A stretch of 63,757 bases of DNA, filler included, from Squatina squatina (lineage: Eukaryota): assembly GCA_031763465.1 (NCBI GenBank). It is 4 parts of 4 records of this genome, joined end to end, with 100 filler letters (N's around TTAATTAATTAA, not from the genome) between each part and the next. Parts side by side here need not be neighbours in the genome. Positions count along the whole stretch, not along the records: positions 30,940 to 49,899 come from JARFOE010000168.1; 3 more parts are not named here. One strand, 5' to 3'. The notes under the pieces are model-generated. The model made no database searches and had not been told where the DNA came from. It was given only the letters and a program-made list of their open reading frames with translations. Position 1 is the first letter of the stretch, and each line of letters opens with the position of its first letter. Made by a program: the position numbers and the translations under genes. This document shows, in pieces, positions 35,571 through 48,720 of the stretch.

Positions 35571-36002
35571 GAAAGAAAGACTTGCATTTCTATAGCGCCT
35601 TTGACGACCACCGGACATCCCAGAGCACTTTACAGCCAATGAAGTACTTTTGGAGCCTAGTCACTGTTGTAATGTGGGAAACCAATTTGCACACAGCAAG
35701 CTCCCACAAACGGCAAAGTGATAATGACCAGATACTCTGTTTTTGTGATGTTGATTGAGGGGAAAATATTGGCCAGGGCACCGGGGATAACTCCCCTGCT
35801 CTTCTTTGAAATAGTGCCACAGGATCCTTACATCCACCTGAGAGAGCAGATGGAGGCCTCAGTTTAACATCCAAAAGACAGCAACCCCTCAGTACTTTAC
35901 AATCAGCCCAGATTTATGGGTTCAAGTTCCTGGAAGAGAACTTGAACCCACAACTTGCTGACCCCACAGGTGTAAGCATACTACCCACTGAGCCACAGCT
36001 GA
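35571..36002 (-). mobile_element. SacSINE1-like DeuSINE, near full length
   Basis: Runs from the tail (gaaagaaagacttgcatttctatagcgcc) through the Deu core to the head (ctacccactgagccacagctgac). Confidence 0.85.
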
Positions 36003-36589
36003 CTTGAGCAGAGTTGCTTGGTTTTATACCCTGATCCATGTTGAGCCAGCTGATCCGAGGAGGATTCGAAGGCTCCAATGGGCCAAGGGTCAATGTGAAA
36101 AAATCAGCCAGGCTTAGCTGTGATGCCTTCCTTGATGGATTATCCTGCAAGCATTCAAGGGCTGATCTTATGAAGGTGTGCTCCCAGCAGGGAAATCACG
36201 GCTGCACTCCCCATTACGCTCTGTATTAAATGTGGTGAAGACCGTGAGGAATATATCAGCAATCTCCTGATGTGCATTTCTGGCAGGCAAGGCTCTTGGA
36301 CCTTCGTACGATTGGCCCTTTGATGCTCACAGTCGAACTGCAACTACTTGGATGATGTACCAGGGGTCAGCCTACGCAGCGAGGGAGAATACCTTCTGAA
36401 GATGAGGGAGAAAAATTAATTTATCGAAATATATCGGGTTAGATTAAATGGGGCGGGAGGAGGGTTGTGTGGAGCATAATTGCTGGCATGGACCAAATGG
36501 TCCAAATGGCCTGTTTCTGTGCTGTAACTTCCATGTCTTTCTGCCTCCTTTTAAATACTCCGATTAAACATATTGAAATGATAACGAAT

Positions 36590-36869
36590 TAGGGTTGCTA
36601 ACTCTGGTCAGTTTTATCCCTTCCAACTGCCCCACCCAGTCAAAACAGCCTCTTTCCCCAGTCTCCAATAAATAAAATTGTTCAAAGATACTATAACAAA
36701 CACACAATTAAAAAGGAAAATATTAAACCTGAAAGTTGTGCTGTAAAATCTTTGAACTGCATTAGCACCACAGTTAACTTTTTAAGACCTAGGTGACTCC
36801 AAGATGAAACATGCAAGTGTTAGAGGTTTGGAACAAAGTCAACCCTGGGTGACAAACATGGTAACCCAA
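36590..36869. mobile_element. Degenerate hAT-like non-autonomous element
   Basis: TIR-like ends tagggttgcta / tggtaacccaa, with a similar end at about 56525. The target duplication is poorly preserved. Confidence 0.4.
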
Positions 36870-37229
36870 TAACTGAGACAGATGACTTCACAGTACTCAT
36901 GGAAATGTAGATCGACCAGCAGTCTGGTTTGCTAATGACACCTGGAGAGATAGACCAGTCAATGGGGTTTCAATTCTTCCCACTTGATTCCAGATAATCC
37001 TACAAGTCATAGCCTTAAAGGGTAGCATAGACAAGCAACAGAAACATTAGGCACACTGCACATTTATGAGATTGTCAACCTCCAACAGTTTCCATATACA
37101 CACTAGGGAGTCCTCAAGCCATGGCTCTGCACCAAAAGCACTCTAGATGGAGGTAATGGGGAATGTGTCCCTATGGGGACAAAGTGTGCAATCAATACTG
37201 GGCAAATAGGGTGCAGATTTCTCAGACTC

Positions 37230-37575
37230 AGCTTTTTTTTTTTATTCGTTCCTGGGATGTGGGCGTTGCTGGCAAGACCAGCATTTATTGTCCTTCCCTA
37301 ATTGCCCTCAAGAAGATGGTGATGAGCCACCTTCCTGAACCACTGCAGTCCTTGTGATGAAGGTGCTCTTTTAGTTCTGTTATGGAAGGAATTCTAGGAT
37401 TTTGACCCAGCGACAATGAAGGAACGGTGGTATATTCCAAGTCAGGATGGTGTGTAATTTGGAGAGGAACTTGCAGGTGATGGTGTTCCCATGCGCCTGC
37501 TGCCCTTGTCCTTCGAGCTGGTAGGGGTCACGGGATTAGGAGGTGCTGCCAAAGAAGCTTTGGTGAGTTGCTGCC
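37230..37575 (-). mobile_element. CR1-group LINE 3' end (putative partner of the 12040 SINE family)
   Basis: Minus-strand remnant RSFIVAGSKS.NSF...GLQWFRKVAHHHLL, and tail gggcaattaggga.gg.caataaatgctgg.cttgccagc. Confidence 0.75.
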
Positions 37576-37791
37576 ATGCACAAACACAAAACTACCGATA
37601 CATTTATTCCACCCGGCTAACCAAAAATATCATGAAACATAGCTTAAACTCAGGAAAGTATCCTCCTGCATCCCCAATCACCCAGGTATACTATAGCAAT
37701 TAAGTATTTGGTGTGGCAGTTTCTGACCTGCATAGATTTGGGAGCACGCTCACCAATAACCAGGCTTTAGGTGCATCTTTTTTCCACTTAC

Positions 37792-37923
37792 TGCAATTTG
37801 CTTCATCGGAGTAGTCTCCACAGTCGTCCACCCCATCACACTTCCATTCCATGCTAATGCACACCCCATTCAAGCATTTGAAACTGAAGGGCTCACAAGT
37901 TCTACTGAACTCATCTGTCTGTG
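37792..37923 (-). CDS. SORL1: Sortilin-related receptor LDLa (complement-type) repeat exon, [43 protein letters not shown]
   Basis: Acceptor tatttatAG and donor A|GTAAGT, 132 bp, phase 1-1. It is a six-Cys LDLa module closely matching the SORL1 repeat [26 protein letters not shown]. Confidence 0.85.
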
Positions 37924-40900
37924 CTATAAATATAAGCATCAATAGCAAAGTGTTAATAATGCCATTTATTAATGGCAACCTGCTAGTTTGCAAACAAGCC
38001 CAGCAATCTAATTACACAACATGGATGTAAACAAGATCAAACTTGCAAGTTACAGGTCTTGACACCAACTCTGTGCTGGCAGGCACTGGCCACCAGCTCA
38101 AAGTTTGTGTACTCTGGTGTACTTCTCACCTATAACATTTTAACTGGAAAACCCTCCCGATTTACTGACTGATCAGTTTGTCTATAGATATCTAAACTAC
38201 TCTTTAAAGTTGAAAACAATAAATGCTGGAAATTCCCAGCATCTTTCAACCAGAAAGGCATAAACCTTTTACATCTGGACCTGAGAGAGGGGTTAGCCTT
38301 TCACCTCTGGACTGGAGGCTGGTGGCCTTTCACCTCTGGACCGGTCACACCCAGAAAGACACAGCTTTCTCTGCTGCCTGACTTCTGGGATGTTTCTATC
38401 CTTTCCTGATGGTTAGCCTTGCCCAGGCATCCGGGTTGGGACTAGCCTGTGAAGGAAGGCAGCATTTGACATTCGAGGGTGATGCCGGTGGGCCGACCTG
38501 TCCCGTCCCATCTTGACTGAGGAGGATAGTGAGGGAGGGAGGCCGAACACCTGACAGCGGATGCAGTGTATTTGACATCAGATCAGACATTTCGGTTAAT
38601 TAAAAAAAAGAAAGTTTGCTTATTTATAATTTATAGATACAATTATGGACGGATAAGTAAAGGTATGGAAATATGACATTGCAANNNNNNNNNNNNNNNN
38701 NNNNNNNNNNNNNNNNNNNNNNNNNNNNNNNNNNNNNNNNNNNNNNNNNNNNNNNNNNNNNNNNNNNNNNNNNNNNNNNNNNNNCCTCTTTGACTAAGCT
38801 TTAGTACACTCCTCCCTTCTTTTCTTTGGAATCCATTTTTTTTAGATTTCACCTCTGTGAAGCATTTTCCACATTAAAGGAACTATATAAGGTAAATGTT
38901 TGTCATTAAAGGTTAGGAACCCGGAGCAGGGACCTCTCCCTAAACCAGAGGAGGCTGAGCCAATTATTCCTACCCCAGTGCTGCCTCAGCTAAAATCAGC
39001 TAACCCTGCACAGATTCAGCTTCATTGGTGTCATTGGGAGAGCCTGCTATTTACTTTCTGGGTGGGAGCTGAGATTGACCCTGGAGTGAGACCAAACTCA
39101 TCAGCCTCGGTCCATCTTGAAACCTTCAGGCTTGTGGGCTTCTCACTTTCATCCAGTGATATTATTGCACTCTTGTAAGCTGAGGAGATATTCGTACTGA
39201 ATCCATGATCCACTATCAGGATATTGTATATTGTCCCTGCAGGACATTTTCAAGCAGAAAACATTACTTTAATGGTGTCCCGTTACAGGTTATTACTGTT
39301 AACAGCAGGGCCTTGTGGCTTTTAATTACAAACTGAAGAAAGGCTTTATCTTATCATTCAAAATTAAAATGATCCTAAAGCAATTTAGTCTTCATTCAAA
39401 ATTTACATAAGCGAGTAATGTTCAAGGTCGTTTAAAATGTACATCTGATATTTAAAATGCAATCCTTGTCATGTGAAATAAGAAAGTTTCTCTTGGTTAA
39501 CTTGCAGTAGGACTTCTTTCAGAAAATACAGTTTACCAGCAAGTGGATATAAACCAAATGGATTGGAATTGGCCCAGGTTTAATCCCCCATCTGTATTGA
39601 GCTAGTTAATCTCAGGAGACGCAAGAAAAAACTTGTTTACNNNNNNNNNNNNNNNNNNNNNNNNNNNNNNNNNNNNNNNNNNNNNNNNNNNNNNNNNNNN
39701 NNNNNNNNNNNNNNNNNNNNNNNNNNNNNNNNNNNNNNNNTACTCCCTGATCCCCAAAGGGAAGCAAGCAAAACTCCAGAATATTCATCCATCCTCACAT
39801 TTCAACTATTCAACACCAGGCTGCTCCCTTGCATAGACAACATTGCTCACAAGCTGCCCCAGCAATGAACATGTCCTGTGTGTGTCCCATGCAGTATTTA
39901 ATCATCTCAGTTGATAACTACTCCTATAACCTCCAATCCCTTCCCCACCCTGCTCTTGACATCTTCAGTCAATTAAACATACAGCAGCAAATAATGGGTT
40001 AACAGTGTGCACTATTCCCCCAGAAGCATTGAAATTAAAGCGGATTCGCTGGTCCATATCTAGTGAGTTCCACCAGGTCTTAACAATATATAGGTTTCTG
40101 ACAAACTGTAACTCATCTTTAATGAACAGCTTCATCTTGCTCTGGGCTACTGGCTGTCTCTGAAAAGATGGAATGGAATTTGTGAAAGGATTAAGCTGGT
40201 TTAACACGGCATGGGGTTTCAATTAATCCAAACCTAGATCCTGAACAGATGCATCACACTCCTGGCAGGGTTTTTTTTTAGGGCAGCAATGAGGAACTCC
40301 AGTATTTGTTAGAGGAGGTGAGAAAATGAGTCCATTTATTATTGGATTGCTGCAGGGTGTCTCAACTCATTCACTTAGAGATCCAATACCAGGACTTCAG
40401 GAAACACAGACAGCATTGTGTGAAGCTTGTTTTCCTCAGAAAACAGGAAGCTTCAAGGTGACCTAATTGAAGTTCTGAAGATGAAAAACTTCACCGACAA
40501 AATTAATCCAGCCGGAGTGCTCACTGCGGCGAAGGGTTCAATGCCGATGGACACAAGTTAAACATTTGGAAGTAAGGGGAGAATTAGGTGGAATATTACC
40601 CAAAAGGTGATNNNNNNNNNNNNNNNNNNNNNNNNNNNNNNNNNNNNNNNNNNNNNNNNNNNNNNNNNNNNNNNNNNNNNNNNNNNNNNNNNNNNNNNNN
40701 NNNNNNNNNNNATTCCTAGGTGCTGAGGCCAACTGTAGCATCCCAATTATTGCCCCGGACAAGATTAGCTACCTCAGAGCAGAGGGTTGAGCCTGGCTCC
40801 TTGGACTGCTTATTCCTCAGCACTTTCGTCTCTCACCTTGATGAGCACGAGAAAATAATCTAAACAAGGAAGGAAAATACTTAAATAAATAGCGCATCAA

Positions 40901-42111
40901 TGGAGAAAGAGGCAATCCGATTAATGGCGAATCCTGTCAGGAGATATAGGCAGCTGTCTGAGAGCAAGTGAGCAAATGTGTGAACAAAGACTGCAGCAAT
41001 CCTGTGAAAATTGAACAAGGTTGTTACTGAAAGCTGAAAGCCATTGCATTGTACAGTTCCACCAAGTGATCATCAAGGAAACATTTAACCTTTCAATCGG
41101 TGTCAGATTGCAATTTAATACCACCTGACACATAAACTAGTCTGGGGCAAAGGCACGATGAGAGGGCTGAGACTGCCACTACATCACTTTTCAACAAGAG
41201 AGAGTCTAACCACCGCCCCATGATATTCAACANNNNNNNNNNNNNNNNNNNNNNNNNNNNNNNNNNNNNNNNNNNNNNNNNNNNNNNNNNNNNNNNNNNN
41301 NNNNNNNNNNNNNNNNNNNNNNNNNNNNNNNNACTACAAAAAAGGTTGGACAACCCTGGTATACCATATCCTCTGACTAACCGTGAGCAAGGAGAGATTC
41401 ACTTAAGACAGTGAAACCTCATCAATGACCTACAGCCTGAATGTTAAAAGCAATCACAGCTACTTTCTGATTGACCTCAGCAGTTTCTAAGCAGTTACAA
41501 TTATCTAGATTTGCTAATTTGAGCGTAACGCCGAAGGGTAGTTTCGCTGCTAAACATCGCAACTGTGCTGCAGACTCCCAACTAGATCAGTTAGTTTCAA
41601 AATGAGAGGGAAATTTAGACATAGTATAGATAATTGATATAAGATACATTTCTTCATGGTGGTATTCAAGCTAGTTCTAGGGGCTGAGTGGGGTCTCAGT
41701 CCACATGGCAAAATAATATATGCACATGACAGAGAGTTGAACAGCAAAAAATTGCATTCTGTTGGCTGTCCTCCGAACATGAGTGAAGTAATGTTAATAA
41801 AAATTCTGCATTTTAATAATTTTGATGAATTGCCTTGGATATGCAGTGTTTCTGAATTGTTCCTGTGCTCACAGTCAGACAGTGATAGATGATTATCTAC
41901 TGATTATGATGGAGAATGAGGTAATCATGATTACAGCATGAGCTGGCACACTCAGTCACTGAACAACGTGAAGATCAAGCATGAGCACTATGATAAATGG
42001 TGACTGAATGGAGGCAATGAACAAAAAATTAATGACTTAAATCTAAAAGCCAATTGAGATGGTTCAGATGATGTCTTAAGCCCACATTGTTTACAAACTG
42101 TTTGTGGAGGG

Positions 42112-42246
42112 CCACCATCCCAATCGATGCTTTAGTTAAGGTCCACCATCCCAATCACTGATCTGTGATCACCCACCATCCCAGTCACTGTTTTAGTGAA
42201 GAACCTCCATCCCAATTGATGTTTTGGTTGGACTCTCCATCCCTTA
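42112..42246. repeat. Degenerate 30-31 bp tandem repeat, five units with core ccaccatcccaat
   Basis: Cores at 42112, 42143, 42173, 42204 and 42234. Confidence 0.75.
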
Positions 42247-44098
42247 TAACTCTGTTTCACCTAAAGGTTACACTTGATCCTGACTCCCTTATGTAACACC
42301 ACTGAAGATCAACTATTGGTAGATGTGTTGTCAAGCACTGTAAGCACAAAAAAGTTAGCAATTTAAGTTTTAAACTGAAAAAGGACAAGTTTCATTCAAC
42401 TGCATAAACTTTTCAGTTTATACTTTACTGTAACTTCATGATTACCCAGGAGTTTAACTATCAAGTCTAAGGCACTCTTCTACATAATAAATACCCATGG
42501 GAAGCCTTTTATAATTCTTATGTCTTTTAAATCTGGTGAGCTGCAGCTCACTANNNNNNNNNNNNNNNNNNNNNNNNNNNNNNNNNNNNNNNNNNNNNNN
42601 NNNNNNNNNNNNNNNNNNNNNNNNNNNNNNNNNNNNNNNNNNNNNNNNNNNNNGCAGTTTCCGAAATTAACCTGCAACATTCAAGGGTAGCTATGAAGGA
42701 GGGCCTGTACATCACAACGCTTGTAGGAATTACCATAATAATGCAGGTTGATTTAGCCCTGAAGATTTACTGAGAAGTCTTATAGCTGTACGTGGAAAAA
42801 ATACAACCAGAAATATGGTCAATTACCACATGTAGCCATTTGCAGTGATTGCAGAGAGTCAGACTAAGGTTGAATATCTTGGAGGAGGGAGAGAATGTGC
42901 GAGAGGTAATGTCTAGGTCAAAAATAAAAAATTAATTTCATTTTAGTCTTGAGGGATGAACTGGAAACCCATTAAGAAATTTAAATTGTATGACCTGTTG
43001 CAGCAGAAATCAGGGGATTGCTATATATAATAAGTTGCCGTATCTTTGTTAACTAGGTAGGATCCGTTCAATATGTTTTAATAAAATTGTACAATATGTT
43101 TATCTTCCTTAGCAATATTTATACATTTAGTCAATATGGTGAGGGACAATGGATTTTGGGGAAAACTCCTTATTTTCTGTGAAATGGCAAAATTACCTTT
43201 TGAGGCTCCACAGTTTGTGATTTTCAATTTCAGAGCCATCGTAAAAATAATGAGCTCCCCAAACAGAACAATCCTGCAAACAGATTNNNNNNNNNNNNNN
43301 NNNNNNNNNNNNNNNNNNNNNNNNNNNNNNNNNNNNNNNNNNNNNNNNNNNNNNNNNNNNNNNNNNNNNNNNNNNNNNNNNNNNNNCCCCCCACCTCCCC
43401 TCCCACCCTCACCATTGACCTTCCAAACAAAACTGGAATCTGCTTTTATCTCTGGGACTCCAGAAGGGAAAAGGGTGGGGGAAGAAGTTGGAAAGATTTT
43501 GAAAGCATTAAAGCTTCACTGAGATACAAGGTAGGTCACTGAACGGACTGTGGCAGGCACGGACTTTTTCATTGACATTCTCCAAGCCACGTATTGTGCC
43601 AAGGACAGATTTGTGCACAGTTAAGGTGAGCGTAGCATGCAGGGTTGTGGGAGTTGTTCACAGTTTGAGATCCCAGGGATGTGGCTGAGTTCACATCTGT
43701 GTTGTTGAATTCAAAAGCACAGTGATCTGTCCAATGACATTAGGAATGAAATCAGCCTCAGTCAAGGGGAAACAGCATCTCAGAAAGCCATTACACGCTA
43801 CAGAATCTCAGCTTCCATTCACAAAACTACTGATCCAAGCAAACACTAGTAGATATGGGTACACCAATACATCAAGTCAATGTTGTTTTTATTGAGATAC
43901 CTGAATTCAAGGCCCACAGTGCAGGTCACACACACACCCCCACTCCGTCCAGGTTTAAAAAGAGTAGGTAAATCGAGAAGTAATGGTCAGAGACCTTGGA
44001 TCAGGAGTAGGCCATTCAGTCGCTTGAGCCTGCTTTCATCATTCAATTAGGTCATGGCTGATCTATATCTTAACTCAATTTTCTCGTCTTGGTTCCGT

Positions 44099-44745
44099 GA
44101 GGCTGAAATTGAGCTTCTGCAACGCCCCATTAGTGCCTCTGAGGGGCGCTAATGGGGCATTAAAGGAAAAAATGGTGTTGGGAGGCGACCATCTCACCTC
44201 GCGGGAAATTCAGCTGGCCTTTGCGCCTGGCCGCTAAATTTCATGGCGGGTCAGCGCGTGACGTCAACGAAACACCCACCGACCCGCACCACACAGCCGC
44301 AACGCCCTTCGCTCTCCGTTTGCCTTCCGCAGGCGAAATTCACCCACAGTAAAGCCTGACACTGCAACAGGGCTGTGAAAGGGGTGGGCATCTGCGCCTC
44401 CGGCCGCCATCTTTATTTCTCGGCCAACTTCATAGTCGGCCGAAAAATGGCGGCCCTCGCTTGGCATGCCAACTGGCGTGCCAGGCTTCTGACCTGGTCG
44501 GCGGCGTCCCTGGTGGCCCTGCGTCCGTCCGCGAGATGCTGTCAGGAGGGCCGGCGGCTCTCCCCTCTAAGGGAGGCCTGGCTGTGCTGCTGACATCAGC
44601 ACACAACGCGCTGATGCGGCGTTTCCGACGCTGATGATGTAGCGCTGAAGCCACGCCACCGGCGTCCGAAGCCTGCCGCCCCAGGAGCGATCGGGAGCAC
44701 GCTGCGCCTCACAGGCGCCCTGGATCGCTGAATGCCGGGGGCGTA
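44099..44745 (+). mobile_element. GC/CpG-rich Harbinger-type non-autonomous insertion within a CR1 tail
   Basis: Starts gaggctgaaattg (TIR-like) and is homologous to 16294-16414. CR1 tail sequence lies at 43995-44098 and resumes at about 44746. Confidence 0.6.
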
Positions 44746-45272
44746 CCCTTACCTAATAAAAATCTATCAATCTCAGTTTTATATTTTCAATTGACAGCTC
44801 TTTGAGGGAGTGATACATATACAAAGAGACATTCCTTCGTCCCGTGGAGCACTAAAATAGGCGAGCAAAAAATAACTATCACCAACTTTGAGGAGTTAAA
44901 ATGAGTTATTCCTGCCACCTAGAGGCCATTAGGATATGTACAATGTTTCAAAAGCATTCCACAGACAACAAAAGCTTTAAATTCTTGATTAGTTTATTTG
45001 GAATACTCCTAATTTGTAAAATATATTAACAGCCATCACCTTTAGATATTTTGAAATATGCTTAACACCAATTCAAATTAAATGTTTTGAAATAGGGGCA
45101 CAATTGGTCTGGTTTAGACCTGTGGTAGAGCTGAAAAGTGGTGCTACCCAGGTGCGAAAGCAGCACAAGTGTNNNNNNNNNNNNNNNNNNNNNNNNNNNN
45201 NNNNNNNNNNNNNNNNNNNNNNNNNNNNNNNNNNNNNNNNNNNNNNNNNNNNNNNNNNNNNNNNNNNNNNNN

Positions 45273-45405
45273 TTCACCACAAGGACTGCAGCGGTTCAAG
45301 AAGGCGGCTCATCACCACCTTCTCAAGGGCAACTAGTGATGGGCAATAATTGCTGGCCTCGCATTTGAATAACCTGCCGTTCCCAGGAACGGGAAAAAAA
45401 AACAC
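45273..45405 (+). mobile_element. LINE 3' end, same family as 37230-37575
   Basis: ggactgcagcggttcaagaaggcggctcatcaccaccttctcaagggcaactag.gatgggcaataa followed by an A-rich tail. Confidence 0.75.
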
Positions 45406-48009
45406 CTCACATTTGAAAATTGAGAGCTGTGTTAGCAGAGGACTAGAGTCAGGTCTGGGGGCAGGCCTGGGGGCAGCTCTTCTGACTTTCTTCTTCAGGG
45501 AAACAATGCATGAGGGTCCAGAGAGGTGAGAGGAAGAAAATAGGGAAACCTTAAGAAGTCATTAATTTCTATTCCTCCCTTTCATTTCATTAAAGAGATT
45601 TTACACTTCATCCTTAGGCGCCCTTCCCCTGCACCATTACCTAGACAAGAGCATCGCTGGCAGCGTTTCTGTGGTTGCCAGAAGATGGACAGCAGCATTC
45701 TGGGGTGATTCTTCCCATCTCCCATCCACAAAGGCACAAAACTGAAATTTGATATTTTCCCAATAATGGCCAACCCACTCCCTACCATCCTACAACACCA
45801 GTGCGCTTCAATGCTTGATGGGCCCTGCCATTAGAAATAGGTCTGCGCAAAATCCCTTTTAAAATCTTTTGACTCCTTTATTCCATTCTCTTGTACATTC
45901 GCTTTTCTTCTATGCAATCAACAAATGGAGAACAATTTTAATTACGCTGAGTGGAGTCACCTACACAACTGAGTGGAAATAGCAGTTTCCATAACTAACA
46001 CGATCTTGAGCTTTTTAAATCCCCTATAATCTGCAAAAATGGCTGAGTGCACAGCGGATTAGCTTCACAGTTGGCTAACACAATGACAATCATTACCCTT
46101 CACCTTGAGAGCGCTACAAGCAGATATCGAAGCGCTTGCTTTCCCTAATGTGGGTGTGAGTGACTGCCGATGGGCAAGAGACANNNNNNNNNNNNNNNNN
46201 NNNNNNNNNNNNNNNNNNNNNNNNNNNNNNNNNNNNNNNNNNNNNNNNNNNNNNNNNNNNNNNNNNNNNNNNNNNNNNNNNNNTCAACAAACACTGGAGG
46301 GATGCAGGCCACGACTATGAATTAGTGCCTCTAACCAGCTGGTTATATTACCAGATTTTAATAAACTGTTTACTCACACAGTTTTTAAATGCAGAGTGAA
46401 ATACATTTTGTCGGCAAGCCCTGTCATCCTTCATCATAAAGAGCACTGAAATGGTGTCAGGAAGGATTACAGCATAGTGTCGGGATTGACGGAGGAAAGA
46501 CAAACTGCAGCGAGATAATAATTCAAACTACTGGTGAAAATTAGTTTGTCTCTCTGGATTAAGTGTCAGGGGTTTTGAAGTTTTCACTAGAAGAACAGCC
46601 ACCATTACCAAATGCTATTACCCAATGATGGCTGTTCAAAACCCTATTTGCTGTCTTCAGTGAGAGTCTTAATGATTTTCAGGGATGCTTTCTTAATGTA
46701 ATGGAGTTATCCAACAGCTGCTTTTGTGTTGTGTTTAGATTTACAAACTCCCTCATGCATAATTAGTAGAGCGATTGTTCGTCAGATATTTGAATACTGA
46801 ATTTATACGCAATCCCCTATTTGCCATGACAGAATATGTGCAAGGCTCTGGCTCCTCCTTGGTCTAGCTGGGATTGCTAGAAGGTATTTTCCCATCAAAT
46901 CGTAATGCTCACTCTCATTATTTCTTCAATGTCAATACTACGATGGTCATTGCTCCTATAAATTCCTTCTTTGCTCTTCCTAAGCATCGTATGCTTTTAT
47001 TCCTCCTTTGCATATAACCAAGATCTCTACTCTCATTCTTACCGAGGACTGTGGAACTCCTTACCTCCCTCAGTCTTCCGTTCCTCCCACATCGGGCCAT
47101 CCAAGCATTGCCTCTTGATTTACCTTCTCTTTACGACTTTTACATTTCAACTTTGGTGATGGTCTGAATGTGGATCTTAACCCTTCACCTACATCTTTTA
47201 ATATGGAAAAGAACAAAGGTAATTTGATCATTCTTGTGGTCTTGAAGAGTCCATTTATGATTTCAGTTTGATCTGCCACATCCTCCCTCTCAAGCATGTT
47301 TCATCAGGTAATGTTATAGGGAACATACTTTCTCTTTCACTTGTGATTGGCTAATTCTATGTGGTCCTGGATTAGTCAATTACTTTTATGGACACATACA
47401 GCATCATTTAAATATTTTTTATTTTAACCTTTATTTTATTCCTTACGCTGGTAAAAGAAGCCCTTATGCTTGCTTTTATCAGGCGTAAGAGTTTCGTGGG
47501 CATTCGCTGGGCAGTAGTTGGGCAAATAGCCCAACTCTGCACAGTGCACGTGTTTTTGCTGCGGATGCGAAGGATCTGTCAATGTGAAACTTGACAGATC
47601 GCAAGTTCCAGATTTTTGCATATGCGCAGCGCATGCGGAAACCCGGACCTTGCAGATCCATTCTGAGGACTTATGACAGCATCTGCTGTGCATACCCTGT
47701 CATCAAGCCCGCAACATCCGGGCTATTATATTTAATTTTAAGAAGTATCTAATATCCCAAACATATATTAGAATAGCTTTAACTATGTGAAAGTGTTATT
47801 ACTATTTCAGTTCTGCAATTATAATAGAATATTTAGAAAGAAGGAAAGGCTTGGATTTATATAGGGTCTTTCACAACCACCGGACGTCTCAAAGTGCTTT
47901 AAAGCCAATNNNNNNNNNNNNNNNNNNNNNNNNNNNNNNNNNNNNNNNNNNNNNNNNNNNNNNNNNNNNNNNNNNNNNNNNNNNNNNNNNNNNNNNNNNN
48001 NNNNNNNNN

Positions 48010-48304
48010 GTAACATCCCCACTGACTCATGGGAATCTCTGGCCCAAGACCACCCGAACTGGAGGAGAAGCATCCGCGAAGGCGCCAACCATTTTGAGCT
48101 TCTCTGGCGGGAGCACGTGGAGGCCAAGCGGAAGGAGCGCGTGGAAACCCGAGCATTCCACCCACTCGCCCCATCAAACACCACCTGCCCCACCTGTGGT
48201 AGAGTTTGTGGATCCAGGATTGGACTGTTCAGTCACCTCAGAACCCACAACTCCGGAGTGGAAGCAAGTCACCCTCGACCTCGAGGGACTACCTAAGAAG
48301 AAGA
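48010..48304 (+). mobile_element. RTE-clade LINE 3' end
   Basis: NIPTDSWESLAQDHPNWRRSIREGANHFE, then a C-terminal zinc finger CPTCGRVCGSRIGLFSHLRTH and an (AAG)n tail. Confidence 0.85.
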
Positions 48305-48494
48305 TATAAATACAAGTTGTTGTCGTTGTTAGAAATAATGCCTGCGAGCTGAAACATTAAGGATTCAAGCCCCCTCCAGGAGATGAAAAAGTAGCCTGGG
48401 ATGATACCCCAGGACTGTATTTGAGATGCGATTGTTCTGGATGAGACAGTAATGATCTCATGGCAGTACTCAAAGAACAACAGCAACAATAGCA

Positions 48495-48720
48495 AAAACA
48501 GATTATCTGATCATTATCACATTGCTGTTTGTGGGAGCTTGCTGTGCGCAGGTTGGCTGCTGCATTTCCCACATTACAGCAGTGACTACACTTCAAAAGT
48601 ACTTCACTGGCTGTAAAGTGCTTTGAAACGTCTGGTGTCCATTTATAAATACAAGTCTCCTTTCTTTCTTTCTTTCTTCTTTTCTTCCTTTCATTCATTC
48701 TCTCATTCATCCTCTCTTTC
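48495..48720 (+). mobile_element. SacSINE1-like 3' half with (TTTC)n tail
   Basis: Nearly identical to 8460-8645. Confidence 0.8.

Noticed and set aside
42112-42246. CRISPR-like repeat-spacer array
   Set aside because: The context is vertebrate, there are no cas genes, the core is only 13 bp, and the 'spacers' resemble each other, as in a decayed tandem repeat.
44099-44745. CpG-island promoter or GC-rich ORFs
   Set aside because: It is inserted inside a CR1 tail and homologous to 16294-16414, so it is transposon-derived.
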